DNA of 64,000 nt. It comes from Candidatus Omnitrophota bacterium. GTDB lineage: Bacteria; Omnitrophota; Gorgyraeia; Zapsychrales; Zapsychraceae. The DNA lies in assembly GCA_018062515.1 (NCBI GenBank), contig JAGOSC010000004.1, positions 9,811 through 73,810 on the forward strand, given 5' to 3'. Below the pieces are notes generated by a model. It was not told the DNA's origin. It saw nothing but the letters and a program-made list of their open reading frames with translations, and did not search any database. Below are positions 1 through 9,480 of the stretch, piece after piece. The position numbers and the translations under genes were made by a program. Each line of letters starts with the position of its first letter. Within the stretch, counting starts at the first letter, position 1.

Positions 1-771
1 ACTTATTCCAAAAAATCGTTTGGCATTTTGATTAAAATGCTGAAGCGCGATATCTGGTTTTACATTTTTTAATTCACAATAGGCTTCCAAAGTTCTAAAA
101 ACATCCTTCGGTTCAGATTTAAAACCGATACCTTTATCTTTATCGTTAAAAAATACAGGACAATCTGTTTCAATCAATGTTTGTTCAATAGGCGCATAGG
201 TGATAGCCTCACGCGACTGAGGACTGTAAGCGACACTCGGTGATGCTGAGATATAGTAACCGGCGTCTAATATATCCTTAAGAACGTCCGTCGGGCCACT
301 GTACCAATGGAACTCTGCTTTCACAATTTGAAGATCCCTGACGGTTTCGAAACATTCGCGCCAGGCTCCCCGCGAGTGAATCACCGCCGGCAAATTAAAT
401 TCTTGCGCGAGCAATAAAAACTCTTTAAATACTTTTCTCTGTTCATCTTTCTTTTCCTGATCTTTACGGACCCATTTATACCAAAAATCCAAACCGATTT
501 CTCCGACGACCGTAAGCTCTTTTATATTCTCCCGAACAAAATCTAAACACTCATTTAATTCGGAAAGGTTCGCTTCCGACGGATGCACTCCCATTCCCAA
601 AAATATTTTGGGAGAAGAAAACTGATTCTTTATTTTCAAAGATTTTTTACAAGATTCCAGATCCATACTGACGGCGACAATGCCCTTAACTCCGGCTTGA
701 AACGCCCGATTTAAAGCTGATTCCAAATCTTCCAAATGGTCCAGATGCGCATGTGTATCGTACGTCACCAT
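1..771 (-). CDS. tatD: TatD-family metal-dependent hydrolase/DNase; 3' end runs off the window start
   Basis: Read by hand (absent from the ORF track because no in-window stop). ATG at 771; translation begins MVTYDTHAHLDHLED, matching the TatD N-terminal His motif. No stop through position 1. Sits 5 nt downstream of the dtd stop. Confidence 0.75.
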   Translation of the reverse strand, partial: MVTYDTHAHLDHLEDLESALNRAFQAGVKGIVAVSMDLESCKKSLKIKNQFSSPKIFLGMGVHPSEANLSELNECLDFVRENIKELTVVGEIGLDFWYKWVRKDQEKKDEQRKVFKEFLLLAQEFNLPAVIHSRGAWRECFETVRDLQIVKAEFHWYSGPTDVLKDILDAGYYISASPSVAYSPQSREAITYAPIEQTLIETDCPVFFNDKDKGIGFKSEPKDVFRTLEAYCELKNVKPDIALQHFNQNAKRFFGIS

Positions 772-776
772 GTTCG

Positions 777-1214
777 TTAACTTTCCAACATGAATGTTAC
801 CGGACCGTCATTGACCAAAGAAACTTCCATCGTGGCTCTGAATCGCCCAGTTTCAACTTTAAGTCCCTGCAATTTTAACTGTTCGACAAAATAATGATAA
901 ATCCTTTCTGCTTCCGCCGGCTCGGCGGCCTGATCAAACGAAGGGCGACGGCCTTTACTGCAATCCCCATAAAGCGTAAACTGAGAAACAACGAGAAATT
1001 CGGACTTTATATCTAAAGCAGAAAGATTCATTTTTCCCTCTGTGTCGTCAAATATTCTCAGATCACAGATTTTCTGAACAAAATAATCGGCTAAATTGAT
1101 GGAATCTTTTTTAGAAATACCCAAAAAAATCAGTATTCCCTTGCCGATGGCACCGACAACTTTCTTGTCAACCTTTACATCAGCCTGTTTTACTCTTTGG
1201 ATAAGAAGTTTCAT
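777..1214 (-). CDS. dtd: D-aminoacyl-tRNA deacylase
   Basis: 145 aa with the SQFTLYGD motif characteristic of Dtd. The size fits. Confidence 0.85.
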   Translation of the reverse strand: MKLLIQRVKQADVKVDKKVVGAIGKGILIFLGISKKDSINLADYFVQKICDLRIFDDTEGKMNLSALDIKSEFLVVSQFTLYGDCSKGRRPSFDQAAEPAEAERIYHYFVEQLKLQGLKVETGRFRATMEVSLVNDGPVTFMLES

Positions 1215-1310
1215 AATAATAAATACTATTAATATTTTTAAGACTTTAGCATAGTTTTACTTTATCGGTCAATTATTAAAATCTGTATTCATTGACAGTA
1301 TTTGGCTTTT

Positions 1311-3551
1311 ATGTTAGAAAAAACGATGAAATTAGAAAAAGTTTTACAAGACAATGCCTTTTCCCCCGAAGCCACACAAACATTCCTTTCTTCTGGAATA
1401 AAAGATCTTTATCCGCCTCAAGCCCAAGCTATTCAAAAAGGAATTTTACAAGGAAAGAACGTATTGATGGCCGTACCGACGGCGGCAGGTAAAACATTGG
1501 TTGCCGAGCTTTGTATGGTTCATTCTATTCTAAAGAAAAACGGGCGGTGTCTTTACATCGCTCCTTTAAAAGCCCTGGCTAGTGAAAAATATAATGATTT
1601 CAAGAAAAAATATGAACATTTAGGTGTTCATGTCGGATTGGCTATCGGGGACCATGATACTCCAAGCCGGGAGCTCGGCCGTTATAATATCGTCGTCGCT
1701 ACCGCCGAAAAAGTTGATTCATTGATGCGCTCAAAATCCAAATCGATCGTCGAGGCTTTAACCGTCATTGTCCTTGATGAAATTCACTTTATCAATGATG
1801 CCTCGCGCGGGCCTACGATGGAAATTCTCACCGCCAGAATTAAAGAAATAAATCCAAACATACAAATTTTAGCGCTCAGCGCGACGATTAGTAATGCCGA
1901 TGAAATGGCTGATTGGTTGGGGGCAAATCTTGTCAGTAGCAAATGGCGCCCTATTCCCTTAAAAGAGGGGGTTTATTTTAATGGTCAAATTGATTTTGAC
2001 GATGCGGCCAGCCGGGTTATTACAGAAGAAGCCCGTGATGATGTCAGCAAACTGACATTGGATACTTTACGGGCAAAAGGTCAGGTTTTAATCTTTGTAG
2101 GGTCACGCCGATCAGCTCAGTCGGTGAGCCGTGATGTAAGCTCGTCGGTGGTCAAGATTCTGACGGCTGAAGAAAAAAAGAAACTTTTGGAATTGTCGAA
2201 AAAAATTGTAGGTTCTCCGTCGGATTCTACGAAAGTCTGCCAAAAACTGGCTGATGTGATCAAATGCGGCGTTGCTTTTCATCATGCGGGACTTAAACCT
2301 CGCCAGCGGGATTTGATTGAAGAAAATTTTAAGAATACCTTGATTAAGGTTATTGGATGCACCCCGACATTGGCCGCCGGCGTTAATCTTCCGGCCCGAC
2401 GAGCAATTATCCGTGATTGTAAACGCTACGAAAGCGGAGTGGGCAGCGTTTATATTCCAACCGCTGAATACAAACAATGTGCTGGTCGCGCTGGACGCCC
2501 TCAATATGATGATCAAGGCGAAGCCATTTTAATCGCCAAGACACTGTCTGAATCCTCAACATTATTTGAACGTTATATTCACGCTGATCCGGAGCCGGTT
2601 GTTTCTAAGCTTGCCGATGAGTCGGCTTTACGGATTCACGTCCTCTCTTCTATTGCGGGGGGTTATGCCTCTGATGTTCAAAGTATGCTCAATTTTATGA
2701 AACATACTTTCTTATATCATCAGCAATTAGAACCAAATCTGGATGAGATCATCACGCACATGTTTGAATTTCTTCATCGCGAAGGTTTTATTGAAAAAAC
2801 CGGCCAGCGTTTTTTTGCTACACCATTTGGAAGTTTGACGAGTCGAATTTACATCGACCCGTGGACGAGCATTTTGATACGGCAAGGGCTCAATCAAATC
2901 AATGAAAGCAGGCCTTATTCCGACGTGGGTATGCTGCATCTTTTGACTTGCACCCCCGATTGTCCGACATTAAAAAGCCTTGGCAAGGATATTGTCGAGG
3001 AGCTAGAACAATTTTCCACCCATTTTCATAATGAGTTCTTACTGACCCCCGAAAACACTCACAAACTGGATGATTATTTCTTTTATATGGCGACGGTTAA
3101 AACCACGTGGATGTTAAACCAGTGGATCGAGGAAGACCGTGAAGATGTTATCTGTGATAAATTTAATATTGGGCCCGGCGATATTTATCGCCATGTTGAA
3201 TCGACCCAATGGCTGCTGTATGCAGCGACGACGATTGCGGATTTAGACCGGAAAAAATCTCTTACTTTCAAACTTGAAAATTTAAGATTACGCGTTCGTT
3301 ATGGAATAAAAGAAGAATTATTAGAATTGATTCAACTCAAAGGAATCGGAAGAATTCGTGCCCGTCATTTAATTGAAAATGGTATAACTAATCTTAAAAG
3401 TCTTCAATTTATACCGAGTGAGCAATTGGCAGCTTTACCATCCATTGGTATTGCGCTGGCTAAAGATATTAAACTACAACTTCTTAATAGTCCGGTCCGA
3501 CGCCCTCTTGAGCCGGCCGCTTCCATTTCCGACGAGAAGTGGGGAGATTAA
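1311..3551 (+). CDS. Hel308/Ski2-like superfamily-2 DNA helicase (archaeal/eukaryotic type)
   Basis: Walker A AVPTAAGKT, DEIH box (VLDEIHFIND), HAGL motif, and a C-terminal helix-hairpin-helix domain (LKGIGRIRARHLIENGI...LPSIGIALAKDI) typical of Hel308 domain 5. The track start at 1302 is TTG; the first ATG is at 1311 (alternative 1326). Confidence 0.75.
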   Translation: MLEKTMKLEKVLQDNAFSPEATQTFLSSGIKDLYPPQAQAIQKGILQGKNVLMAVPTAAGKTLVAELCMVHSILKKNGRCLYIAPLKALASEKYNDFKKKYEHLGVHVGLAIGDHDTPSRELGRYNIVVATAEKVDSLMRSKSKSIVEALTVIVLDEIHFINDASRGPTMEILTARIKEINPNIQILALSATISNADEMADWLGANLVSSKWRPIPLKEGVYFNGQIDFDDAASRVITEEARDDVSKLTLDTLRAKGQVLIFVGSRRSAQSVSRDVSSSVVKILTAEEKKKLLELSKKIVGSPSDSTKVCQKLADVIKCGVAFHHAGLKPRQRDLIEENFKNTLIKVIGCTPTLAAGVNLPARRAIIRDCKRYESGVGSVYIPTAEYKQCAGRAGRPQYDDQGEAILIAKTLSESSTLFERYIHADPEPVVSKLADESALRIHVLSSIAGGYASDVQSMLNFMKHTFLYHQQLEPNLDEIITHMFEFLHREGFIEKTGQRFFATPFGSLTSRIYIDPWTSILIRQGLNQINESRPYSDVGMLHLLTCTPDCPTLKSLGKDIVEELEQFSTHFHNEFLLTPENTHKLDDYFFYMATVKTTWMLNQWIEEDREDVICDKFNIGPGDIYRHVESTQWLLYAATTIADLDRKKSLTFKLENLRLRVRYGIKEELLELIQLKGIGRIRARHLIENGITNLKSLQFIPSEQLAALPSIGIALAKDIKLQLLNSPVRRPLEPAASISDEKWGD

Positions 3552-5177
3552 ATGCTGAAAATCTTTCGGCCGCTCTTAATCATTTCCTCCATTATTCTTT
3601 ACCTTGGGTGGATTTATTTTCCCGCGCTAACAACGCATTATTTGCATCATGACGATGTAAATTATTTTTACATAACAACCACGCAACACAAACCGAAAAA
3701 TTATCAGCTCAGCTTGGCTTCCGGCCGGTTTATCGGGGCGCGTATTTATGCGGCATATGGATTATTCGTCAAATCCATTGCTGACTTAAGTTTTCTTCGC
3801 ATCAGCAGTTTTATCCAACTTATTATCTGCGTTTTAATCATCTATGCTTTATTGATTAAGTATTTAAAGAATCCATTCCATGCTTTATGTATTTCGGCGC
3901 TTATGGGTACACTGCCTGGCTTTCAGGTATTAGTCACTTTTGCGGCCTATGCTTTTCAAACCACTGGGGCTTTGCTCGGACTTACTGCCGCTTATCTCAT
4001 CAATAGAATTCCTGACGACCAAAACCTCTGGAAGCGCCTTATTCATCCTTTTAATTTATTATCCATTCTCTGCCTACTTGCGGGCTTTGGAGTTCACCCT
4101 TCTACACCGCTGCTTTATTGGACAGGAATTACAATTCTATTTTTATGCCATTCGGAACACTTTTCGTTTAAAACCGTAATAGTGAAAATGATAAATCCCT
4201 TTTTTACCGCATTTTGTTCCATGACATTGTATGCCGGCATCTTAAAGATAACAAAAAAGTATTTTACCAACATTGATATCGGTGCTTATAATCCGTACAC
4301 GATTGCTAATAACTATGTTGAAAAAATAAATTGGTTTTTCCAAGAACCGTTTTTAAATTCGCTAAATTTGTGGAATATATTTCCGAACCATTTTATAGCT
4401 AATACGTTACTTATTTTTATTTTACTTACCGCTATGGTTTATTGTATATATACCTGTGTCAAATCTCCAGCTAGCCGTCGAAAAAGTATTATTTTTAAAT
4501 TTCTATTTATTGGAATCATTTTATCCGCATTTATATTCTTGAGCTTCATCACTAATCTTTTGGCTGTAAAAAACGCTCCGTATTACCGCTGTTGTCTGGC
4601 CTTAACTACAATTATCTTACTTTTTTTTCTATTAAGTTTACGTCAATGGTTTATGTTTCTTCCTCCTAAATTTAACCAAATTTTATTCTCGGGCTTTTTA
4701 TTTATTTGTTTAATTCTGACGGGCATAAATGCCCGAACAAATTTAACCAATTACCGTGTCAGGCCCAGTCAAATAGAACTTGCGCTTCTGATGAAAACAC
4801 TTAAGGGAGTAAACTTCTTTGAGTACCAACGTATTTATGTTGTTCAGCCAGACCAATCCATAATTAAAACCCGTTATGATGAGTTCGGCACGCCTACATC
4901 GCAGTATACTTTCGACATTATTGGGTTTATTGCTGCCGGAATCCGCGAATGCGTCAAAAACAACTATTCGATATACTATTTTAATTTTGATTACCCGACT
5001 AGCGTGGCCACATTTATCTTCTCGGACAAAAACGGAAAGAGGTACGCGTTTGATATAATCATTGCTACCGGATCGGATGACAAGCGGGTTAAAGAAGCAC
5101 CGCCGACCTTAACAATTGACATGACACCTTTATATTACCGAAATGGGGAATTAGCGTACTTAAGAAGTGAAAATTAG
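3552..5177 (+). CDS. Polytopic membrane protein, GT-C-like putative glycosyltransferase; paralog A
   Basis: 541 aa, about 10 or more hydrophobic segments. HHDD acidic motif in the first predicted loop, as in GT-C glycosyltransferases. Soluble C-terminal domain of about 140 aa. Its ATG directly abuts the helicase stop (TAAATG). Confidence 0.5.
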   Translation: MLKIFRPLLIISSIILYLGWIYFPALTTHYLHHDDVNYFYITTTQHKPKNYQLSLASGRFIGARIYAAYGLFVKSIADLSFLRISSFIQLIICVLIIYALLIKYLKNPFHALCISALMGTLPGFQVLVTFAAYAFQTTGALLGLTAAYLINRIPDDQNLWKRLIHPFNLLSILCLLAGFGVHPSTPLLYWTGITILFLCHSEHFSFKTVIVKMINPFFTAFCSMTLYAGILKITKKYFTNIDIGAYNPYTIANNYVEKINWFFQEPFLNSLNLWNIFPNHFIANTLLIFILLTAMVYCIYTCVKSPASRRKSIIFKFLFIGIILSAFIFLSFITNLLAVKNAPYYRCCLALTTIILLFFLLSLRQWFMFLPPKFNQILFSGFLFICLILTGINARTNLTNYRVRPSQIELALLMKTLKGVNFFEYQRIYVVQPDQSIIKTRYDEFGTPTSQYTFDIIGFIAAGIRECVKNNYSIYYFNFDYPTSVATFIFSDKNGKRYAFDIIIATGSDDKRVKEAPPTLTIDMTPLYYRNGELAYLRSEN

Positions 5178-5258
5178 AAATATTATTACTCTAATCTTTC
5201 TTTCAAATTCTGTGTCGACTTCTTTTTTCCGTTTCAGACGAAAAAACTGGAATAATTA

Positions 5259-6881
5259 ATGTTAAAAATCGTTCGACCTATACTTGTTACTTTTTCAATT
5301 ATTCTTTACCTTGGGTGGATTTATTTTCCCGCGTTGACAACCCACTATTTACATCATGATGATGTAAATTATTTTTTGAGAACAACCACCCAAACTGAAC
5401 CCAAAGGGTATCAATTCAGCCTGGCTATTGGCCGGTTTGTAGGTGCCCGCATCTATGCTGCCTATGGAGCATTGGTGAATTCCGTCGCTGATTTAAACCT
5501 CCTTCGCATCAGCAGTTTTATTCAAATCATCATTTGTATCTTGATCCTGTATCATTTACTGACCAGATATTTAAAAAATCGATTCCATGCCTTGAGTATT
5601 TCTCTACTCATCGGTACTTTGCCAGGTTTTCAGGTATTAGTTACCTTTGCCGCTTATGCTTTTCAAACAACCGGAGCATTGCTTGGGCTTACAGCGGCTT
5701 ATATCCTCAGTAGGATTCCCGCCGATGAAAATAATCCGAAATATTTTATTCATCCTTTAAATCTATTATCTATTCCCTGTTTAATCGCCGCCATTGCGAC
5801 TCATCCGTCGACATCGCTGCTTTACTGGGCGGGCATAACCATCTTATTTTTATCTTACGCGAAAGATTATTCTTTGAAAACAACGGCATTAAAAATGATA
5901 AATCCTTTCTTTACGGCATTTGTTTCTATGGGATTGTACGCCGTCATTATAGGTGTGACAAAAAAATATTTTAATACGACTCATCTTGGTTTTTATGATC
6001 CGTACGGCATAACCGTCGACTATATAGAGAAATTAAAATGGTTTTTCCGTGAACCATTTTTCAACTCTCTGAATTTATGGAATATCTTTCCAAATCATCT
6101 GATCGCAAACGGAGTACTCATTTTTATTTTAATAACCGCTTTTGCTTACGGCGCATGTTCAATTATTAAATCTCCGATAAGTATTCGAAAAAATCTTATT
6201 CTTAGATTCATATTTATTGGAATCCTTTTATCAGCGCTTCTATTTTTAAGTTTTATAACCAATCTTCTAGCAGTGAGCAATGCTCCTTATTACCGGTGCT
6301 GTATTGCGCTAGGAACCATTATTTTAATTCTACTTTTCTTATCCATACGTCAATGGTTTGAATTATTTCCGACAATGTACCGGCAGCATATGTTTTCCCT
6401 GTTCTTGCTTCTATGTTTAATCTTCGTTGGCTATTACGCGAGACTTACTCTAGTCAATAATAGGGTGAAGCCCAGCCAAATCGAATTTGCGCATTTGATG
6501 AGTTCGCTTAAAAAAGTCAATTTATTTCAATATCAACGGATATATGTTATTCAACTAGACCGTTTCCTCATTAAAACCCGTTATGATGAATTCGGAACAC
6601 CAACGACGCATTACGATGAAGATATTATTGGTTTTATTTCTGCCGGAATCCGGGAGTATGTCAAAAATGAATATACGGCCTATTACATAGGATTTGATTT
6701 TAAAACGAAAATCGCCACGTACATTTTCATGGATAAGAATGGTGAGAAGCACGCCTTTTATGTCATGATCAGCGCGGGGGCCCAAGACAAAGCGATTAAC
6801 GGGATGGACGCAACACTAGTTATAGACATGACACCCTTATATTACAAGTCGGGTGAATTGGCCTATTTGCGATTGGAATAG
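5259..6881 (+). CDS. Polytopic membrane protein, GT-C-like; paralog B (tandem duplicate of 3552..5177)
   Basis: 540 aa, collinear with paralog A. The N-terminal 40 aa are nearly identical (MLKIxRPxLxxxSIILYLGWIYFPALTTHYLHHDDVNYF). The C-terminal domain has diverged. Confidence 0.5.
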   Translation: MLKIVRPILVTFSIILYLGWIYFPALTTHYLHHDDVNYFLRTTTQTEPKGYQFSLAIGRFVGARIYAAYGALVNSVADLNLLRISSFIQIIICILILYHLLTRYLKNRFHALSISLLIGTLPGFQVLVTFAAYAFQTTGALLGLTAAYILSRIPADENNPKYFIHPLNLLSIPCLIAAIATHPSTSLLYWAGITILFLSYAKDYSLKTTALKMINPFFTAFVSMGLYAVIIGVTKKYFNTTHLGFYDPYGITVDYIEKLKWFFREPFFNSLNLWNIFPNHLIANGVLIFILITAFAYGACSIIKSPISIRKNLILRFIFIGILLSALLFLSFITNLLAVSNAPYYRCCIALGTIILILLFLSIRQWFELFPTMYRQHMFSLFLLLCLIFVGYYARLTLVNNRVKPSQIEFAHLMSSLKKVNLFQYQRIYVIQLDRFLIKTRYDEFGTPTTHYDEDIIGFISAGIREYVKNEYTAYYIGFDFKTKIATYIFMDKNGEKHAFYVMISAGAQDKAINGMDATLVIDMTPLYYKSGELAYLRLE

Positions 6882-6882
6882 G

Positions 6883-7614
6883 CTATAAATATTTTGATGA
6901 TTTAACTTTTCTTTCGAGATGATAGACGAGAAAATTATCGAGGATATATTTTAATTCGGCTTTAACTTTTCTGGTTAAACCAATACGCAGACAATCTTCC
7001 CACTTATTTCTTTCAATGTGAAGCAATGTTGAAACGGCCCCTTTGGATATCAGCGTAAAACTCGTTTCTGCCGTCGGACATTCGTGACAGACAAGCCCGC
7101 CGGAAATCATACTAAATCGAACCTTACCCTCTATTTTCTTATTACATTTAACACAGTTGTCTAAATGCGGACTAAAGCCGGATAACTGTAACATCTTTAT
7201 TTGAAGAATATAAATAAGCCGGTCAATATCTTTTTCCGTTTCAAGGCGTTCCAAAAAATTTTTCATCAACTGATATACGTCGGCATTGATTTGTTCAATC
7301 TGCATGATCTTGTCGACCAATTCGAGACCATAATTCGCCGCAACGTTTTTTTCATAATCTTTTCTGACGAGGAAATAATACTCTTTAAGATCACAATGAC
7401 TAACTAAATGAAGATCTGAATTTCTATAATGATAATAAACAAGGTCATTAACTGAATATTTATCGACGCTGCTTCCGAATTTCTTTGGATCTTTCCGGAT
7501 GCCCTTCATGAGGCCGGTTATTTTTCCGTATTCCTTTGTAAAAAAAGTCACAATACGGCTGGTTTCGCGGTAATCAAAGGATTTAAGAACTATCGCCTCT
7601 GTTTTCGGGATCAT
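6883..7614 (-). CDS. recO: DNA repair protein RecO
   Basis: N-terminal MIPKTEAIVLKSFDYRETSRIV (OB fold) and a C-terminal CVKCNKK...CHECP zinc motif. Confidence 0.8.
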   Translation of the reverse strand: MIPKTEAIVLKSFDYRETSRIVTFFTKEYGKITGLMKGIRKDPKKFGSSVDKYSVNDLVYYHYRNSDLHLVSHCDLKEYYFLVRKDYEKNVAANYGLELVDKIMQIEQINADVYQLMKNFLERLETEKDIDRLIYILQIKMLQLSGFSPHLDNCVKCNKKIEGKVRFSMISGGLVCHECPTAETSFTLISKGAVSTLLHIERNKWEDCLRIGLTRKVKAELKYILDNFLVYHLERKVKSSKYL

Positions 7615-7628
7615 ATGGGAAGGTTGGG

Positions 7629-8075
7629 TTAAGAGATGGTGTTGTTGACGGTCTTACCTAAATACTCAAGAATTTCCTGCTCCTTTAAACGCATGCGACG
7701 AATGTCTTTACTATTATGGTCGTCATAACCACTCAAGTGAAGAATACCGTGAATGATATATAGAACAAGTTCTTGCTGTTCGGTACTTTTAAATTTCTTT
7801 GCATTTTGCTTGATGGCATCCGTCGAGATAATGACATCACCCGTCAGGCCTGAGCGGTTCTTTGTATCGGATAAATCAAAAGCCAAAACATCAGTCGCAT
7901 AACTTCGATTAAGAAATTTTTTGTTTAAAGCACGGATTTTCTGACTGGAAACAAAGACAACCGATAAAACCGAATTCTTAATCTTAAGGTATAAAAGAAT
8001 CGCCTGGACTATATTCTTGATCGGGTTGACCTGAAGAGGAATTTTTTTCTGAAGGTTTGTTATGACGATTTCCAT
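7629..8075 (-). CDS. ybeY: rRNA maturation endoribonuclease YbeY
   Basis: HGILHLSGYDDH metal-binding motif. Start moved to MEIVITNLQ (ATG at 8075) by alignment with YbeY N-termini; the track start at 8141 is an upstream extension. Confidence 0.75.
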   Translation of the reverse strand: MEIVITNLQKKIPLQVNPIKNIVQAILLYLKIKNSVLSVVFVSSQKIRALNKKFLNRSYATDVLAFDLSDTKNRSGLTGDVIISTDAIKQNAKKFKSTEQQELVLYIIHGILHLSGYDDHNSKDIRRMRLKEQEILEYLGKTVNNTIS

Positions 8076-9480
8076 CCCTAAACGCACTCCTATTTTTTCG
8101 CTCTGATCCGCTCTTTTTCTCCGGATACTTAACCCGGCCATGATACATGGCCGTCAAAACCCGGATAAATGTTGATGATATTTTATCAATTTCTTTCAGT
8201 GTTAATGGACATTCGTCGAGCTGCCCATCAATGAATTTATTGTTGACCACTTTTTTTACCGTAAATTCAATATTTGACGGGTTTTGATCTTCTAACGCTC
8301 GCGTGGCACCCTCAACCGAATCAGCGAGGAGAATAATCGCTGTTTCCCGGCTTTGAGGTTTCGGTCCGGGATAACGAAATATTTCTTCATCAATTTTTTC
8401 TCCCTCGCTCGCTTCGGCCACTGATTTCTGATAAAAATAATAAATCAAACTTGTCCCATGGTGCTGCGGGATAAAATCTATAATCACCGGGTTTAATTTA
8501 TATTTCTTGGCTAACTCAATTCCTTCTTTGACATGATTCATAATAACGAGCCGGCTCATGGAAGGTTCGATATTATCATGTTTATTCGGCCCGGCCATTT
8601 GATTTTCGGTAAAATATTCCGGTTTAACCATCTTTCCGATATCGTGATAATATCCTCCCACCCGCGTTAATAGTGAATGTGCTCCGATGGAGTCGGCCGC
8701 CGCCTCGGCGAGATTACTAACCACCAAGCTATGATGATATGTGCCGGGTGCTTCTAAAATCATTCTTTTAAGTAGAGGTTGATTGAAATCAGATAGTTCA
8801 AGTAAACTAAAATTCGTTAAAACTCCAAATAAATATTCAAAGATCCTCAGTGTAGCCGCGACTAAAAAAGCACTAATAAACCCATTCAAGACGACGGGAA
8901 GTAAATATTGATCTAAAAAAGTCTTTGATATTAATACGTATAGGTGTGGATTTAAAAGAAATATACAAATCGCCTGAATGAATGCGATGTTTACCCCGGC
9001 TAAAATAAGCTTCCCTCTTGTCCTCGCCCCTCTCACGGAATACGCGCCGACCAAGCCGCCCATAAAAAACATCAGCATCATTTCAAGGCCGCCATTTAAA
9101 ATTAGGCTGACTAATGTGCTGCTCATAAAAGCCATAACAAATGTCAATGTCCGGCTATTAAATAAGAGCATCGTCAGTAAAGCAATAGCTGGAACCGGCA
9201 CGTAATAGTGAGATATATCTGAATAATTTTTTGTAACCTGGGCGAGAAATATTGTGATGACGAGCAATAATCCCAAATTGAGGAAAATTTTAAAGCTTCC
9301 GTGGTTTGAGTAATTAAGATGAAAGCCTAACAGTAATAAGAGAACTGGAATAATCAGGCTATAGCCTAGAAAAAAACAATATCCAATAGCCAAGCAAAGA
9401 AAAACCGTTAATACGCTGATTCTGGTAAAACTTTCCTGTACAGCATGATTACTTTTTTTGATTATGTTCATAGGCTTCAA
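7984..9480 (-). CDS. pgpH: 7TM-receptor-HD phosphohydrolase (PgpH/YqfF-like)
   Basis: N-terminal multi-TM region. HD domain (HHSLVVSNLAEAAADSIGAHSLLTRVGGYYHDIGK). Conserved phoH-pgpH-ybeY order as in Bacillus yqfE-yqfF-yqfG. The 3' tail overlaps the ybeY start. Confidence 0.65.
   Translation of the reverse strand: MKPMNIIKKSNHAVQESFTRISVLTVFLCLAIGYCFFLGYSLIIPVLLLLLGFHLNYSNHGSFKIFLNLGLLLVITIFLAQVTKNYSDISHYYVPVPAIALLTMLLFNSRTLTFVMAFMSSTLVSLILNGGLEMMLMFFMGGLVGAYSVRGARTRGKLILAGVNIAFIQAICIFLLNPHLYVLISKTFLDQYLLPVVLNGFISAFLVAATLRIFEYLFGVLTNFSLLELSDFNQPLLKRMILEAPGTYHHSLVVSNLAEAAADSIGAHSLLTRVGGYYHDIGKMVKPEYFTENQMAGPNKHDNIEPSMSRLVIMNHVKEGIELAKKYKLNPVIIDFIPQHHGTSLIYYFYQKSVAEASEGEKIDEEIFRYPGPKPQSRETAIILLADSVEGATRALEDQNPSNIEFTVKKVVNNKFIDGQLDECPLTLKEIDKISSTFIRVLTAMYHGRVKYPEKKSGSERKNRSAFRDGNRHNKPSEKNSSSGQPDQEYSPGDSFIP

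Noticed and set aside
1292-1310. TTGACA at 1292..1297 and a TTG 'start' at 1302 for the helicase
   Set aside because: The track's Met at 1302 is actually TTG. A TTGACA so close would leave no room for a -10 plus a 5' UTR if 1302 were the start. I prefer the ATG at 1311 or 1326; the hexamer may still be a -35 for a start further downstream, but this is unresolved.
2112-2516. 134-aa antisense ORF inside the helicase gene. Similar antisense or embedded ORFs are at 2727..2939, 3940..4179, 4876..5058, 6555..6785, 7201..7407, 8978..9205, 9618..9833, 9918..10169, 10628..10810, 10668..10994, 14913..15167, 18392..18607, 18863..19066, 19620..19913, 19795..20233, 21080..21268, 22114..22296, 22576..22911, 23035..23328, 24240..25268, 26829..27038, 34618..35148, 36510..36796, 37349..37890, 47808..48193, 49156..49596, 56163..56566, 59202..59435, 59634..59819, 59947..60195, 60399..60665, 61280..61498, 62434..62655, 62779..63021 and 63647..63991
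   Set aside because: All lie wholly within, and antisense to or out of frame with, strongly supported conserved genes. They have no RBS, and their composition is typical of shadow ORFs.
5178-5258. Possible terminator between the two membrane-protein paralogs (TTTTTTCCG..CGAAAAAA)
   Set aside because: The stem is A/T-rich with a bulge, so predicted stability is low. At best it is a weak attenuator, and it is not reported as a feature.
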